A stretch of DNA of 64,000 nt from an uncultured delta proteobacterium (GCA_963743525.1 CAVUQH010000002.1:96001-160000), one strand, 5' to 3'; numbered from the stretch's first letter, positions 19,071 to 28,659 are shown. Translations and numbers: made by a program. The notes: generated by a model from the letters alone, not told the origin.

Positions 19071-21016
19071 CGGCGCCGCAGCGCTTCGGCGTCGGCGGGA
19101 TGGCCCGCGCCGCGATAGATCGCGGCCAGCTCGCGGCGCGCCTGGACGTCGCCCGGGGAGATGCTCAACGCCCGGCGAAGATCGAGATAGGCGTCGCGAA
19201 TGTGTCCCTGGCGGTTGCGCAGGATGCCGCGGTTGCGCAGCGACTGGCCGTCGTCGGGATCGAGCTCGATGGCGCGGCCCAGCGCCCGGTCGGCATCGTC
19301 GAACCGCCCGCGGCGCAGGTCGACGAAGCCGCGGGTGCGCCAGACCGCCGCCGACTCGGGATGCGTGCGCTCGAGCTGGTCGAGCATTTCCAGGCCGGCG
19401 TCGGTCTTGCCGGCGGCCAGGTAGACCATCGCGCGCGCGACCGCGGTGTCGACATCGGATGGCACGTCGGCGACGCGGCGGTCGAAGTCGGCCATGGTCT
19501 TGTCCGCGTCGGCGCCGCCGAGGACGCCGTCGGGTACCAGAGGCGCGCCGCCCGTGGCGGTGAGCGACGACAGGTCGCCGGCCGGCGCGTCGTTGGCCAG
19601 ATCGGCCGGCGCCAGCGGGGTGAGCTCGGCCAGTGCCTCGCCGGTGGCCGGCGCCGACTGGTTGGCCGCCGCCAGCCGAGCCCGGCGCTGTTCCTCCTCC
19701 TGCACGTCGAGCCCGCGCTCGAACAGATTGACGAAGCTGCCGACCACCTTCATCGCCTGCTGGTCGTCGGCGGTGGGCGCGCTGCGGGTGACGGTGACCT
19801 GGCTCCCGGACGGCAGGCTGAAGCCGCCGCTCTGCTGGGTATCGTCACCGCGGCCGACCACCGCCAGCACCACGGCGGCGCCGACGATCAGCACCAGCGC
19901 CGCCAGGGCGGCGAACACCAGCCCCCGGCGCGAGCGCACCGCTGCGGCGGGCGCTGCCGCGGGCGCCTCGCTGGCCTCGGCCTGCTCGGACAGCGCGCGC
20001 AGCGCGGGATCGTCGGGGACGTAGGCCAGACCGCGATCGATCTGCCGCAGAGCCACGAACGCGCGCCCGGCGGCCATCGCCTCGCGCGCCTCGCGCTCGA
20101 CCCGGGCCACGCGAAACCGGGCGATCCGTTCCTGGTAGCCGACCGGATCGGCGACCAGCGCGGCGCGCTCGGCGGCGATGCCGTCGCCGTCGGTCCAGTC
20201 GATCATCGCCGCCAGCGCGGCGGCCAGCTCGTCCATCGCCGGACGCGCGGCCGGGTCGGCCGCAAGGCAGCGCCCGACCAGCGCCGACAGCGCCTCGCTC
20301 ACCCGCCGGTCGGCCGCCGACAGCGGGGCAAAGCTGCCGACCAGGATCGCGGCTGCTTCCTCGGCCGGGCGGTCGCGTGCGAACGGCCGCGCGCCGGCGA
20401 TCCACTCGTAGATCAGGACGCCCATCGCCCAGACGTCGACGGCCGGTCCCACGCCCCGCCCTTCGACCTGCTCGGGCGCCATGTACGGCACCGAGCCGAC
20501 CACCGCGCCCTCCTCGGTGTAGCGGGTGTCGCCGGCGCCGAGCGCGAGGCCCAGGTCGCAGAGCAGCAGCTGGCCGTCCGGCTGCGCCAGCGCGTTCTCC
20601 GGCTTGACGTCGCGATGGACCAGGCCTGCCCGGTGCATCGCCGCCAGCGCCGAGGCCAGCGGTGCGGCCAGGAGCAGCGCCCCCTCCGGGCACAGGCGGG
20701 CGCCGGCCACCAGCGCCCGCAGCGACTGCCCGGTGACCAGCGGGGTGACCAGATACGGGCCCAGCTCGTCGTCCACGCCGCTGTCGAGCAGCGGGATCAG
20801 GTGCGGATGCGCCAGCTCGCCCAGGGCCCGGATCTCCCGCTCGATGCGGGCCCGAGCGGCGGCATCGTCCAGCTCGGCCGACGGCGCCAGCAGCTTGATC
20901 GCCACCAACGGGCCGTCGGCGGCGCGGGCCCGGTGCACGTGGGCCGTTCCGCCCTCGCCAACGCGCTCGAGCAGCTGGTATGAACCTATGGTTATGGAGG
21001 ACGCGGGCCTGGTCAT
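19067..21016 (-). CDS. Ser/Thr protein kinase with TM helix and C-terminal TPRs
   Basis: VGEGG, VAIK, HRDVKPEN, DLG, YMAPE; TPR-like helices (A..LDPDD, AL.ISPGD). Confidence 0.9.
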   Translation of the reverse strand: MTRPASSITIGSYQLLERVGEGGTAHVHRARAADGPLVAIKLLAPSAELDDAAARARIEREIRALGELAHPHLIPLLDSGVDDELGPYLVTPLVTGQSLRALVAGARLCPEGALLLAAPLASALAAMHRAGLVHRDVKPENALAQPDGQLLLCDLGLALGAGDTRYTEEGAVVGSVPYMAPEQVEGRGVGPAVDVWAMGVLIYEWIAGARPFARDRPAEEAAAILVGSFAPLSAADRRVSEALSALVGRCLAADPAARPAMDELAAALAAMIDWTDGDGIAAERAALVADPVGYQERIARFRVARVEREAREAMAAGRAFVALRQIDRGLAYVPDDPALRALSEQAEASEAPAAAPAAAVRSRRGLVFAALAALVLIVGAAVVLAVVGRGDDTQQSGGFSLPSGSQVTVTRSAPTADDQQAMKVVGSFVNLFERGLDVQEEEQRRARLAAANQSAPATGEALAELTPLAPADLANDAPAGDLSSLTATGGAPLVPDGVLGGADADKTMADFDRRVADVPSDVDTAVARAMVYLAAGKTDAGLEMLDQLERTHPESAAVWRTRGFVDLRRGRFDDADRALGRAIELDPDDGQSLRNRGILRNRQGHIRDAYLDLRRALSISPGDVQARRELAAIYRGAGHPADAEALRRR

Positions 21017-22706
21017 CGCCATCGCCCCCACCGCGGGCGCAGTGCCGATCCGGGTAGCGGTCGTGAAAGCTATCACGACGGTCGGGTCGGCACACGAGGC
21101 CGATGTGAGGCTGGCCGGACTGCCGCCGGAGTGGGCGGTGATCCATCGCGATCCCGACGGGTTGACCGTGCGCCTCCTGGCCGGCGGCGACCGGGTGCGG
21201 CTGGCGCCGGGGCAGCGCGGCGAGCTGGGCGGGGTGCCGCTGGCGTGCGAGCGCCCGGGCGGACGGGTCCCGGCGAGCGAGCTGGCCACCCGCCTGGCAG
21301 CCGCCGAGTCGCCGGCCCAGGCGCTGCGCGCGGTGCTCGAGGTGGCCATCGCCGCCGCCGGCGCGTCGCACGGCGCCATCATCGTCACCGACGAGGGCGC
21401 CTACCAGGTGGCGGTGGCGCTCGACGCCGACGGCCGCCAGCTCGACGACGCCGCCGAGCTTCTGTCGGACACCATCGTCCGCGAGGTCCTCGGCAGCGGC
21501 GAGCGCATCAACCTGGCCGACGCCCTGGCCGACACCCGCTACCAGTCGGTGCCCTCGGTGGCGCGCCTGCGCCTGCGCTCCGTCGCCTGCCTGCCGATGT
21601 TGATCGAGGGACGGCCGGTCGGCGCGCTGTTCCTCGGCCGCCGCGCCGCCGGCGGCGCCTTCGACGAGGCGGTGCTGGCCGAGCTGCGCGTCGTCGCGGC
21701 GATGGCGGTGCCGCTGGTGGCGCAGCTGCGCGCCCGCGACGCAGCGCCGGCGGCAGCCGCGGTGGCCGAGCTGCTGGGCGAATCCGACGGCGTGCACGCT
21801 GTCCGCGATCTGGTCGCGCGCGTCGGGCCGACCGATCTCAGCGTGCTGGTCCTGGGCGAGTCGGGCACCGGCAAGGAGCTGGTCGCCCGTGCCTTGCACG
21901 CGGCCAGCCCGCGCGCGGGCAAGCCACTGGTGGCGCTCAACTGCGCGTCGGTGCCCGAGAGCCTGCTCGGCGCCGAGCTGTTCGGCTACAAGCGCGGCGC
22001 CTTCACCGGCGCCAACACCGATCGCCCCGGCCTGATCGAAGCGGCCGATGGCTCGACGCTGTTCCTCGACGAGGTCGGCGACATGCCGCTGGCCATGCAG
22101 GCGGCGCTGCTCCGCGTGCTCGAACAGCGCGAGGTCAAGCGCCTGGGCGAGCACGAGCCGCGCCCGGTCGACTTTCGCCTGGTGGCGGCGACCCACCGCG
22201 ACCTGACTGCGGCCGCCCGCGACGGCAGCTTCCGCGAAGACCTCTTGTTCCGCCTGCAAGAGGTGTCGGTGGAGCTGCCGCCGCTGCGCGACCGCGGCGA
22301 TGACATCGTGCTGCTGGCCCACGTCTTCCTGCGCCAGGCCGAGCGGCAACTGTCGCTGGCGGCCCACGCCATCGGCGCCGGCGCCGAGAGCGCGCTGCGC
22401 AACCACCCGTGGCCGGGCAACGTCCGCGAGCTGCGCGCCACCTTGCGCCGCGCGGCGGTGCTGGCCGAGGCCGCGACGATCCACGCCGCCGACCTGCGCC
22501 TGAGCGGCGCCCCTGCCGACGCGCCGGCACCCGCCGGTGACGGCGCAGGCCAGCTCGGCGACCTGGCCCGGCCCCTGGCCGAGGCCCGCGACACGTTCGT
22601 CAACCGCTACGTGCGCGCGGTGCTCGAGCAGCACGGCGGCAATCGCGAGGCCACCGCCCGCGCCCTGGGCATCGGCCTGCGCACGCTGTACCGCTATCTG
22701 TCGTAG
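20988..22706 (+). CDS. sigma-54 enhancer-binding protein (FHA-like, GAF, AAA+, Fis HTH); start uncertain
   Basis: [12 protein letters not shown]...[43 protein letters not shown]. Confidence 0.93.
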   Translation: MVMEDAGLVIAIAPTAGAVPIRVAVVKAITTVGSAHEADVRLAGLPPEWAVIHRDPDGLTVRLLAGGDRVRLAPGQRGELGGVPLACERPGGRVPASELATRLAAAESPAQALRAVLEVAIAAAGASHGAIIVTDEGAYQVAVALDADGRQLDDAAELLSDTIVREVLGSGERINLADALADTRYQSVPSVARLRLRSVACLPMLIEGRPVGALFLGRRAAGGAFDEAVLAELRVVAAMAVPLVAQLRARDAAPAAAAVAELLGESDGVHAVRDLVARVGPTDLSVLVLGESGTGKELVARALHAASPRAGKPLVALNCASVPESLLGAELFGYKRGAFTGANTDRPGLIEAADGSTLFLDEVGDMPLAMQAALLRVLEQREVKRLGEHEPRPVDFRLVAATHRDLTAAARDGSFREDLLFRLQEVSVELPPLRDRGDDIVLLAHVFLRQAERQLSLAAHAIGAGAESALRNHPWPGNVRELRATLRRAAVLAEAATIHAADLRLSGAPADAPAPAGDGAGQLGDLARPLAEARDTFVNRYVRAVLEQHGGNREATARALGIGLRTLYRYLS

Positions 22707-22708
22707 CC

Positions 22709-23896
22709 TCACGCCAACACCGGCGGCGCCGACCAGCGCCAGAACATGTCGCTGCGAAAGAGCGTGCCATCCGCGTGGCGAAAGAGGAGCTGGCCGCCGT
22801 CGTGGTCGACCTGCAGGTGCCCGTCGTGGACCCGCCGATGGTGCGTCGAGCAGAGCAGCACCAGATTGCCCGGCGCGTGCGTGCCACCCCGGGCGCGGTG
22901 GCGGATGTGGTGCACATCGAGCCACGTCGCGTTGCCGCAGCCGGGCACCGCACAGCGGTGGTGAAAGGCGCGAACCACCGCGCGCCGCACCGATGGTGGA
23001 ATCGACTGCGTCGCCCGGCCCTCGAGGGACGCCGGAATGCGGGTGTGGTCACACTCGATCGCCGCGACCGTCGCAGCGTCCAGCTGCACGCTGCGGCCAT
23101 CGGCCTCGACGAACACGCGCGCGCAATCATCGCAGCGACTCACCGCGACCTGATAGCCCGGTCGCCCGCCGCCTGCATCCCCGTTCCCGTCCCCGTCCCC
23201 ATCCCGCGCCGCGCCCGAACCGCGCGCAGCGGCGAGAAAGCCCCGCGCGATCATCGCCAGCGCGGCATCCTCGTCAACCGGCCCGCCCCCCGAGCCATCG
23301 CCCAACCCATCGCCCAACCCATCGCCCAACCCATCGCCCAACCCATCGCCCAACCCATCGCCCAACCCATCGCCCAACCCATCAATCGACTGCCGCGCGA
23401 TGCGGATCGCCTCCCGCACCATCGCGTACGTCTCCGGCGACACCTCGAACGCCAGCGTCCGCAAAAGCTCGCTGCGATCGGCGATCGTCCCCGGCCGATC
23501 ACCCCGCGCCAGCCCGGCGACCATCTCGGCCACCTCGCGCGCGCTCTGCCCGCGAGCGGCAACCAGCCAGTCGTTCTCGGTATCACCCGTCGCCACCCGC
23601 GACAGCTCGCGCACATGCGTCCACGCGATCTCGCCATCGGCCAGCGCCTCCGCCATCGCCGGCAGCTCCGCCAGCGCCAGCGCCGTGCGGATCCGCTCGC
23701 GCGCCGTCTTGCGCCCATACCCGAGCACCGCCTCCAGATACGCCGCATAGCTGGCATACCCATACGCCTCCCAGATCCGCACCGCGTGCCCGGCGCGAAG
23801 GTAATGCGCCTCCGCCGCATCGAGCTCCGCGCGGTCGCGCCCCAGCGCGCGAAGCTGCCGGTGAATATCGCCAATCCCCAACGTCACCTCGCCCAT
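22709..23896 (-). CDS. DUF222-like / HNH endonuclease (copy 1)
   Basis: C-terminal CAVPGC...DVHH...GG......NLVLLCSTHHRRVH; helical N-terminal domain; near-identical paralog at 41538-42833. Confidence 0.88.
   Translation of the reverse strand: MGEVTLGIGDIHRQLRALGRDRAELDAAEAHYLRAGHAVRIWEAYGYASYAAYLEAVLGYGRKTARERIRTALALAELPAMAEALADGEIAWTHVRELSRVATGDTENDWLVAARGQSAREVAEMVAGLARGDRPGTIADRSELLRTLAFEVSPETYAMVREAIRIARQSIDGLGDGLGDGLGDGLGDGLGDGLGDGLGDGSGGGPVDEDAALAMIARGFLAAARGSGAARDGDGDGNGDAGGGRPGYQVAVSRCDDCARVFVEADGRSVQLDAATVAAIECDHTRIPASLEGRATQSIPPSVRRAVVRAFHHRCAVPGCGNATWLDVHHIRHRARGGTHAPGNLVLLCSTHHRRVHDGHLQVDHDGGQLLFRHADGTLFRSDMFWRWSAPPVLA
23295..23383. repeat. in-frame 12-bp tandem repeat (CCATCGCCCAAC x7) encoding (DGLG)7
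   Basis: Read directly from the sequence. Confidence 0.95.
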
Positions 23897-24092
23897 ACAC
23901 CTTCGTAGCACGCGTTTTCCGGCCGCTCGGATCAGCCGCGGAGCGCCCCGCTGCGCCGAGAACTCGACCCGCCGAGACAAAATCCGACCCGCGCCGCGCA
24001 CCAACCGCGCACGTCGCAACCGAGCCGCGCTGCCGATCGATCGCGAGCGCGTTGTCGGTTTGCGCCGAAACCCGGTCAAGGCGCGATCGAAA
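23897..24092. repeat. conserved upstream segment of HNH element, ending in a hairpin (copy 1)
   Basis: Colinear with 42834-43028; TCGATCGCG (24037-24045) / CGCGATCGA (24082-24090) stem. Confidence 0.85.
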
Positions 24093-24227
24093 GATATGAA
24101 AGAAAATTGAGCGACACGTTCCACCGCAAACGAGCTCCTCGCCGCGCGTGGTACGCGCTTCGACAGCGCCGAGCGCGGCGAGCGCGCTCCGCACGACCGG
24201 GAACCAGGTGCATCGATTCGCATGGCG

Positions 24228-24474
24228 CCGCGCCGGCGCCCGCGCCCGCGCCCGCGTCCGCACCCGCGTCCGCACCCGCGTCCGCACCGGCGCCCGCACC
24301 GGCGCCCGCGCCCGCGCCCGGCCCGCACCCGCGCCCGCGCCCGCGCCCGCGTCCGCACCCGCGCCCGCGCCCGCGCCCGCGTCCGCACCCGCGTCCGCAC
24401 CCGCGTCCGCACCCGCGCCCGCGCCCGCGTCCGCACCCGCGCCCGCACCCGCGCCCGCGCCCGCACCCGCGCCC
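24228..24474. repeat. GC hexamer microsatellite, left part (GCGCCC/GCACCC/GCGTCC)
   Basis: About 40 degenerate hexamers, interrupted by the IS. Confidence 0.95.
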
Positions 24475-24534
24475 TGGACTTGACCCGCTTTTGTGGACAC
24501 CGGATCCAGCCGACTTCGGCTAGAAAGGACCTAC

Positions 24535-24828
24535 GTGTCACGCAAGAGAAGGAAGTTTACGCCTGAGTTCAAACGCGACGTCGTTCGGCTCATCAAGGAG
24601 ACCGGGCGGTCGGTCGGCGAGGTGTGTCGGGAGATGGACCTGGCCGAGTCCGCGGTCCGCCGCTGGCTCGACAAGTTCGACCCCGCCGACGGAAACGACC
24701 CAGTCGGTGCCATCAACGATTCCGAGCGGACGGAGCTCACCCGACTCCGTCGCAGAGTGCGCGAGCTCGAGATGGAGCGCGAGATATTAAAAAAGGCGGC
24801 GGCCTTCTTCGCCAAGGAAAGTCAGTGA
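24535..24828 (+). CDS. IS3 transposase OrfA (HTH)
   Basis: AGAAAGGA RBS + GTG; RRKFTPEFK...VRRW, ELEMEREILKKAAAFF. Confidence 0.92.
   Translation: MSRKRRKFTPEFKRDVVRLIKETGRSVGEVCREMDLAESAVRRWLDKFDPADGNDPVGAINDSERTELTRLRRRVRELEMEREILKKAAAFFAKESQ
24789..24795 (+). promoter_or_regulatory. -1 programmed ribosomal frameshift site (A AAA AAG)
   Basis: TTA AAA AAG in the OrfA frame; the -1 frame is open into OrfB. Confidence 0.8.
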
Positions 24829-25700
24829 GGTTTCGCTTCATTGACGCGGAGAAGGCAACGTTTCCGATTTCAGTGCTCTGCCGGGTGATGAGGGTCTCTC
24901 GAAGCGGCTACTACGCGTGGCGCTGTCGCCCACCCAGCCAGCGCGCCAGGCTCGACGCGCGTCTGGCCCAGCACATCGAGCGGTCCCACCGCGATAGCCG
25001 GGGCACCTACGGCAGCCCGCGCGTCTTGCGCGATCTGCGCGATGAGGGCCTCTATGTGAGCCGCAAGCGAGTGGCCCGCATCATGCGCCAGCTGGGCATC
25101 CAGGGGTGTCAGCCCCGGCGATACCGCACGACCACTGAGTCGAACCACGACCGGCCGGTGGCGCCGAACCACCTGGACCGGAACTTTGCAGCGACGGCGC
25201 CCAACCAGAAGTGGGCCACGGATATCACCTACGTGCGCACCTGGCGCGGCTGGCTCTACTGCGCGGTCGTTATCGATCTGTACTCACGGAGGGTCGTCGG
25301 CTGGGCCACCGCGCCTCATCTGCGGACCGAGCTCGTGCTCGATGCGCTGCACCGGGCCCTCGGCCGCCGGCTGCCAGGTACCGACCTCGTCCATCACTCC
25401 GACCGCGGCTGTCAGTACGCCAGCCGAGACTACCAGGCCACCCTGGCCGAACACGGCATCACCTGCAGCATGTCGCGCCGCGGAAACTGCTACGACAACG
25501 CCGTGGTCGAGAGCTTCTTCGCGACCCTCAAGAACGAGCTGCTGTACCGCCGCGCCTGGCCGACCCACGAGGAAGCGACGCTCGCCATCGCCGACTACAT
25601 CGAGCTTTTCTACAACAGCCGGCGCCGCCACTCGACGCTCGGCTACCAAAGTCCCCTCAGCTTCGAACTAACCGGAACGCAACAGCAAAAAGCAGCCTAG
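24825..25700 (+). CDS. IS3 transposase OrfB (DDE integrase core)
   Basis: SRSGYY, YGSPR, WATDITY, HHSDRGCQY, DNAVVESFF..LK.E, YNSRRRHSTLG. Confidence 0.95.
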   Translation: MRFRFIDAEKATFPISVLCRVMRVSRSGYYAWRCRPPSQRARLDARLAQHIERSHRDSRGTYGSPRVLRDLRDEGLYVSRKRVARIMRQLGIQGCQPRRYRTTTESNHDRPVAPNHLDRNFAATAPNQKWATDITYVRTWRGWLYCAVVIDLYSRRVVGWATAPHLRTELVLDALHRALGRRLPGTDLVHHSDRGCQYASRDYQATLAEHGITCSMSRRGNCYDNAVVESFFATLKNELLYRRAWPTHEEATLAIADYIELFYNSRRRHSTLGYQSPLSFELTGTQQQKAA

Positions 25701-25731
25701 AGAACCTGTCCACGAAACCGGGGCAAGATCA

Positions 25732-26124
<393 letters not shown>

Positions 26125-26180
26125 CACACGCCGCGCCCCTGCCGACCACGATCACCACGCCCCCCCGGGCCCAACCCTCC

Positions 26181-26233
26181 GGCCGCTCGGGGTGGGGTCC
26201 TCGCCCAAAGCCGGGACCCCACCCCGAGCGGCC
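26181..26233. repeat. REP-like perfect hairpin (20-bp stem, 13-nt loop)
   Basis: GGCCGCTCGGGGTGGGGTCC ... GGACCCCACCCCGAGCGGCC; identical stem at 43349-43400. Confidence 0.9.
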
Positions 26234-26392
26234 CATGGGCACCCGGCCCATGGGCACCCGGCCCGCCAACCACGCCGCCAACCACGCCACCCCTGCCACC
26301 CCCGACACCCGGTGTCACCGCCGGCATGCCATCCGTGGCACCCCAACTCGCGATGTCCCGCGATGTCGCGCACTTGCGCACACCGCTGGCCG

Positions 26393-26408
26393 TGGCACGC
26401 CCCCTGCT
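26393..26408 (+). promoter_or_regulatory. sigma-54 (-24/-12) promoter
   Basis: TGGCACG-CCCC-CTGCT (GG-N10-GC), 57 nt before the lipoprotein ATG; tandem CGCGATGTC repeats upstream. Confidence 0.7.
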
Positions 26409-26464
26409 CATGGGACCGGCGACGGCGACGAGCCGCCACCACCAACCAGGCAGGAGAACGACCC

Positions 26465-27067
26465 ATGACGACCAACCATTCCAAGACCCTGATCCTCGCG
26501 CTCACCCTCACCCTCGGCGCCGCCGCCGGCTGCAAGAACAAAGACGACGGCGGCGAGAAGGCCACAGCCGCCAAGGCAGTCGCGGCCGCGCCGGTCAACG
26601 TCGGCGCCATCAACAGCGCCGTGCCCGCCAGCGTGCCCGGGCTGAGCTTCACCACCGCGACGCTGGCCGACGACGGCATCGAAGCCGTCGTCCCCGCCGG
26701 CTGGGAAGACAGCAAGGTCATCCCCGGCCGCTACAAGCCGGCCGACAACAGCGACCTCGGCTTCTTCACCGCCTACGCCGTCGGCTCCAACTGCGACGGC
26801 GCGTGCCAGCCCAAGGAGTGGAAGCCAATCGTCAACAAGGTCGAATTCGGCCGCCTCGGCGACGCCACCATCGTCAAAGACGAGACGCTGCCCAACGGCC
26901 GCATCGTCATCGCCAAGAGCGACGACCGCACCGAGGTGATCGCCGCGTGGTGGAAGCAAGGCGCCAGCCACTACGCCTTCTGCCGCGCGACCCTCGACGG
27001 AAAGACCGCCGACGCGGTGGACGCCTTCGAGAAGGCCTGCCGCGCGACCCGCGTCACCAACTGGTGA
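26465..27067 (+). CDS. hypothetical lipoprotein
   Basis: AGGAG RBS, lipobox AAGC, strong GC3. Confidence 0.8.
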   Translation: MTTNHSKTLILALTLTLGAAAGCKNKDDGGEKATAAKAVAAAPVNVGAINSAVPASVPGLSFTTATLADDGIEAVVPAGWEDSKVIPGRYKPADNSDLGFFTAYAVGSNCDGACQPKEWKPIVNKVEFGRLGDATIVKDETLPNGRIVIAKSDDRTEVIAAWWKQGASHYAFCRATLDGKTADAVDAFEKACRATRVTNW

Positions 27068-27125
27068 CCCCCTGGCCCCCAAGCAACAAGCAAACCCCAG
27101 ACCCCAGACTGTAGGAGAAACTCAA

Positions 27126-27389
27126 ATGCGTACTCTGTTCCTTTCGTTCGCTCTCGCTACCACCATCCTCACCGGCGCCGCGTGCGGCGGCTCCGACGGC
27201 CCCTCGTGCGACAAGGTCGCCGACCACTTCAACGACATCGCCCCCGACGCGCTCAAGGGCAACCAGAAGGCGATGGTCAACAAGTGCAAGCAGAAGATGA
27301 CCGCCGACGACCGCAAGTGCGCCATGGCGGCCAAGGACATGAAAGACCTGCAGGCCTGCGCCATGAAGTCCAAGGGCAAGAAGAGCTAG
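27126..27389 (+). CDS. small Cys-patterned lipoprotein
   Basis: AGGAG RBS, lipobox GAAC, four further spaced Cys. Confidence 0.8.
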   Translation: MRTLFLSFALATTILTGAACGGSDGPSCDKVADHFNDIAPDALKGNQKAMVNKCKQKMTADDRKCAMAAKDMKDLQACAMKSKGKKS

Positions 27390-27506
27390 GCCGCCAACCC
27401 AATGAAAAGGCTCCTGCCTGGGGCCAACCGGACGCCGCTCCGCGCTCACGCGCCGGGCGGCGTCCACCTTTTCGGTTGACGGGGCGGCCGCCAACCCGCT
27501 AATAAC

Positions 27507-27534
27507 GTATGCGAATGAACGTTCATTCGCATAC
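27507..27534. promoter_or_regulatory. perfect 28-bp palindrome, probable TetR operator
   Basis: GTATGCGAATGAAC|GTTCATTCGCATAC overlapping the tetR start. Confidence 0.8.
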
Positions 27535-28117
27535 CAGCCCGGACGACCGCCGCGAAGCAATCCTGGCCGCCGCCCTGGAGCTGTTCGTCAACAGCGGCTT
27601 CGACGGCACCAGCGTTCCAGCCGTGGCCAAGGCCGCCGGCGTCGCCACCGGCACCATCTACCGCCACTTCGCCAGCAAGGAGGCGCTGGTCAACGCCCTC
27701 TACCGGCGGTGGAAGCAACGCCTCATGCAAGCGCTGACCGACGGCTTCGATCCGTCGCTGCCGCCGCGCGAGCTGTTCCGCGACTTCTTCCACCGCCTCG
27801 CCGGCTTCGCCGCGCGCGAGCCGCGCGCCCTGGCCTTCCTCGAGCTCCACCACCACCAGCCGTACCTCGACGCCGACAGCCGCGCGCTCGAGCTCGACAG
27901 CCTGGCGCCGATCCACGCGCTGGTGCAGTCGGCCCAGCGCGCCGGCGCCGTGCGCGACACCCCGGCCGAGGCGCTGATGGCGATGGTCTGGGGCGCGTTC
28001 GTCGGTCTGTTCAAGGCCGACCGCGACGGCCACCTGGAGATGTCCCCCACCGTCCTCGACGCCATCGAGGACAGCCTGTGGAACGCAGTCAAACGCCCGC
28101 AAGGAGAACCGTCGTGA
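27515..28117 (+). CDS. TetR/AcrR-family regulator
   Basis: ILAAALELF..GF..TSV..VAKAAGVATGTIYRHFASKEAL (ATG 27509 is an alternative). Confidence 0.93.
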   Translation: MNVHSHTSPDDRREAILAAALELFVNSGFDGTSVPAVAKAAGVATGTIYRHFASKEALVNALYRRWKQRLMQALTDGFDPSLPPRELFRDFFHRLAGFAAREPRALAFLELHHHQPYLDADSRALELDSLAPIHALVQSAQRAGAVRDTPAEALMAMVWGAFVGLFKADRDGHLEMSPTVLDAIEDSLWNAVKRPQGEPS

Positions 28118-28659
28118 GCACCCATGTCGCAGCAGCCACCCCCGCCCCTGCCGAGCGTCCGCGCACGCTGACCCTCGACGACCTCGCCGCCATGTCGGTG
28201 GACGAGCTCACCGCCCTGTACCAGGGCGGCCGCGTCCCCGACGACCTTCACGTCCTCGACGGCGACCCGACCTGCCGGATGCTGACCGTGGTCGGCCCGG
28301 TCGGCCGCGGCGCCGTCGCCGGTGCGGTGCGCGGCTTCGCCCGCAGCCGCGCCTTCCCCTGGGCGGGCAAGCGGTTCGCCGCCGACGCCGCCGACCGCGG
28401 TCGCGGCATCAACCGCCTGCGCCTGGCCGGCGAGCGACCGGCCTTCCCGTTCGACACGTCGATTCAGCCGTCGGCCATCGACGGCGCGCCGTGCATCGTC
28501 CTCGACTACGACAAGCCGGAGAACCCGTGGTTCATCCGCCAGGTCCACGACGAGCTGCGCGAGGTCGACCCCGGCCTGTTCCTCGGCCCGGCCATGTGGA
28601 AGACCAAAGCCGACCCGGCGCTGGTGCTCTACTTCGCCTGCGACCACGGCGCGCGATGA
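28114..28659 (+). CDS. conserved hypothetical protein
   Basis: AAGGAG RBS, GTGA coupling; W.GK.F, LDYD.PENP..IR...DELR.V..GLFLG motifs. Confidence 0.75.
   Translation: MSTHVAAATPAPAERPRTLTLDDLAAMSVDELTALYQGGRVPDDLHVLDGDPTCRMLTVVGPVGRGAVAGAVRGFARSRAFPWAGKRFAADAADRGRGINRLRLAGERPAFPFDTSIQPSAIDGAPCIVLDYDKPENPWFIRQVHDELREVDPGLFLGPAMWKTKADPALVLYFACDHGAR

Larger units (their letters stand above)
24475..25731 (+). mobile_element. IS3-family insertion sequence (~1257 bp)
   Basis: 5'-TG...CA-3' ends; IRs TGGACTTGACCCGCTTTTGTGGACAC / revcomp TGATCTTGCCCCGGTTTCGTGGACAG (20/26); orfA/orfB with A6G slippery site. Confidence 0.95.

Noticed and set aside
17756..22925. Very long alternative-frame ORFs (17756-20983, 19845-22925 and similar elsewhere)
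   Set aside because: Shadow ORFs of high-GC genes; Arg/Pro/Ala-rich with no motifs.
22709..23896. IscB/TnpB/Cas9-type RNA-guided nuclease assignment
   Set aside because: No PLMP or split RuvC motifs are visible, only a helical N-terminal domain and a C-terminal HNH. Any RNA association remains a hypothesis.
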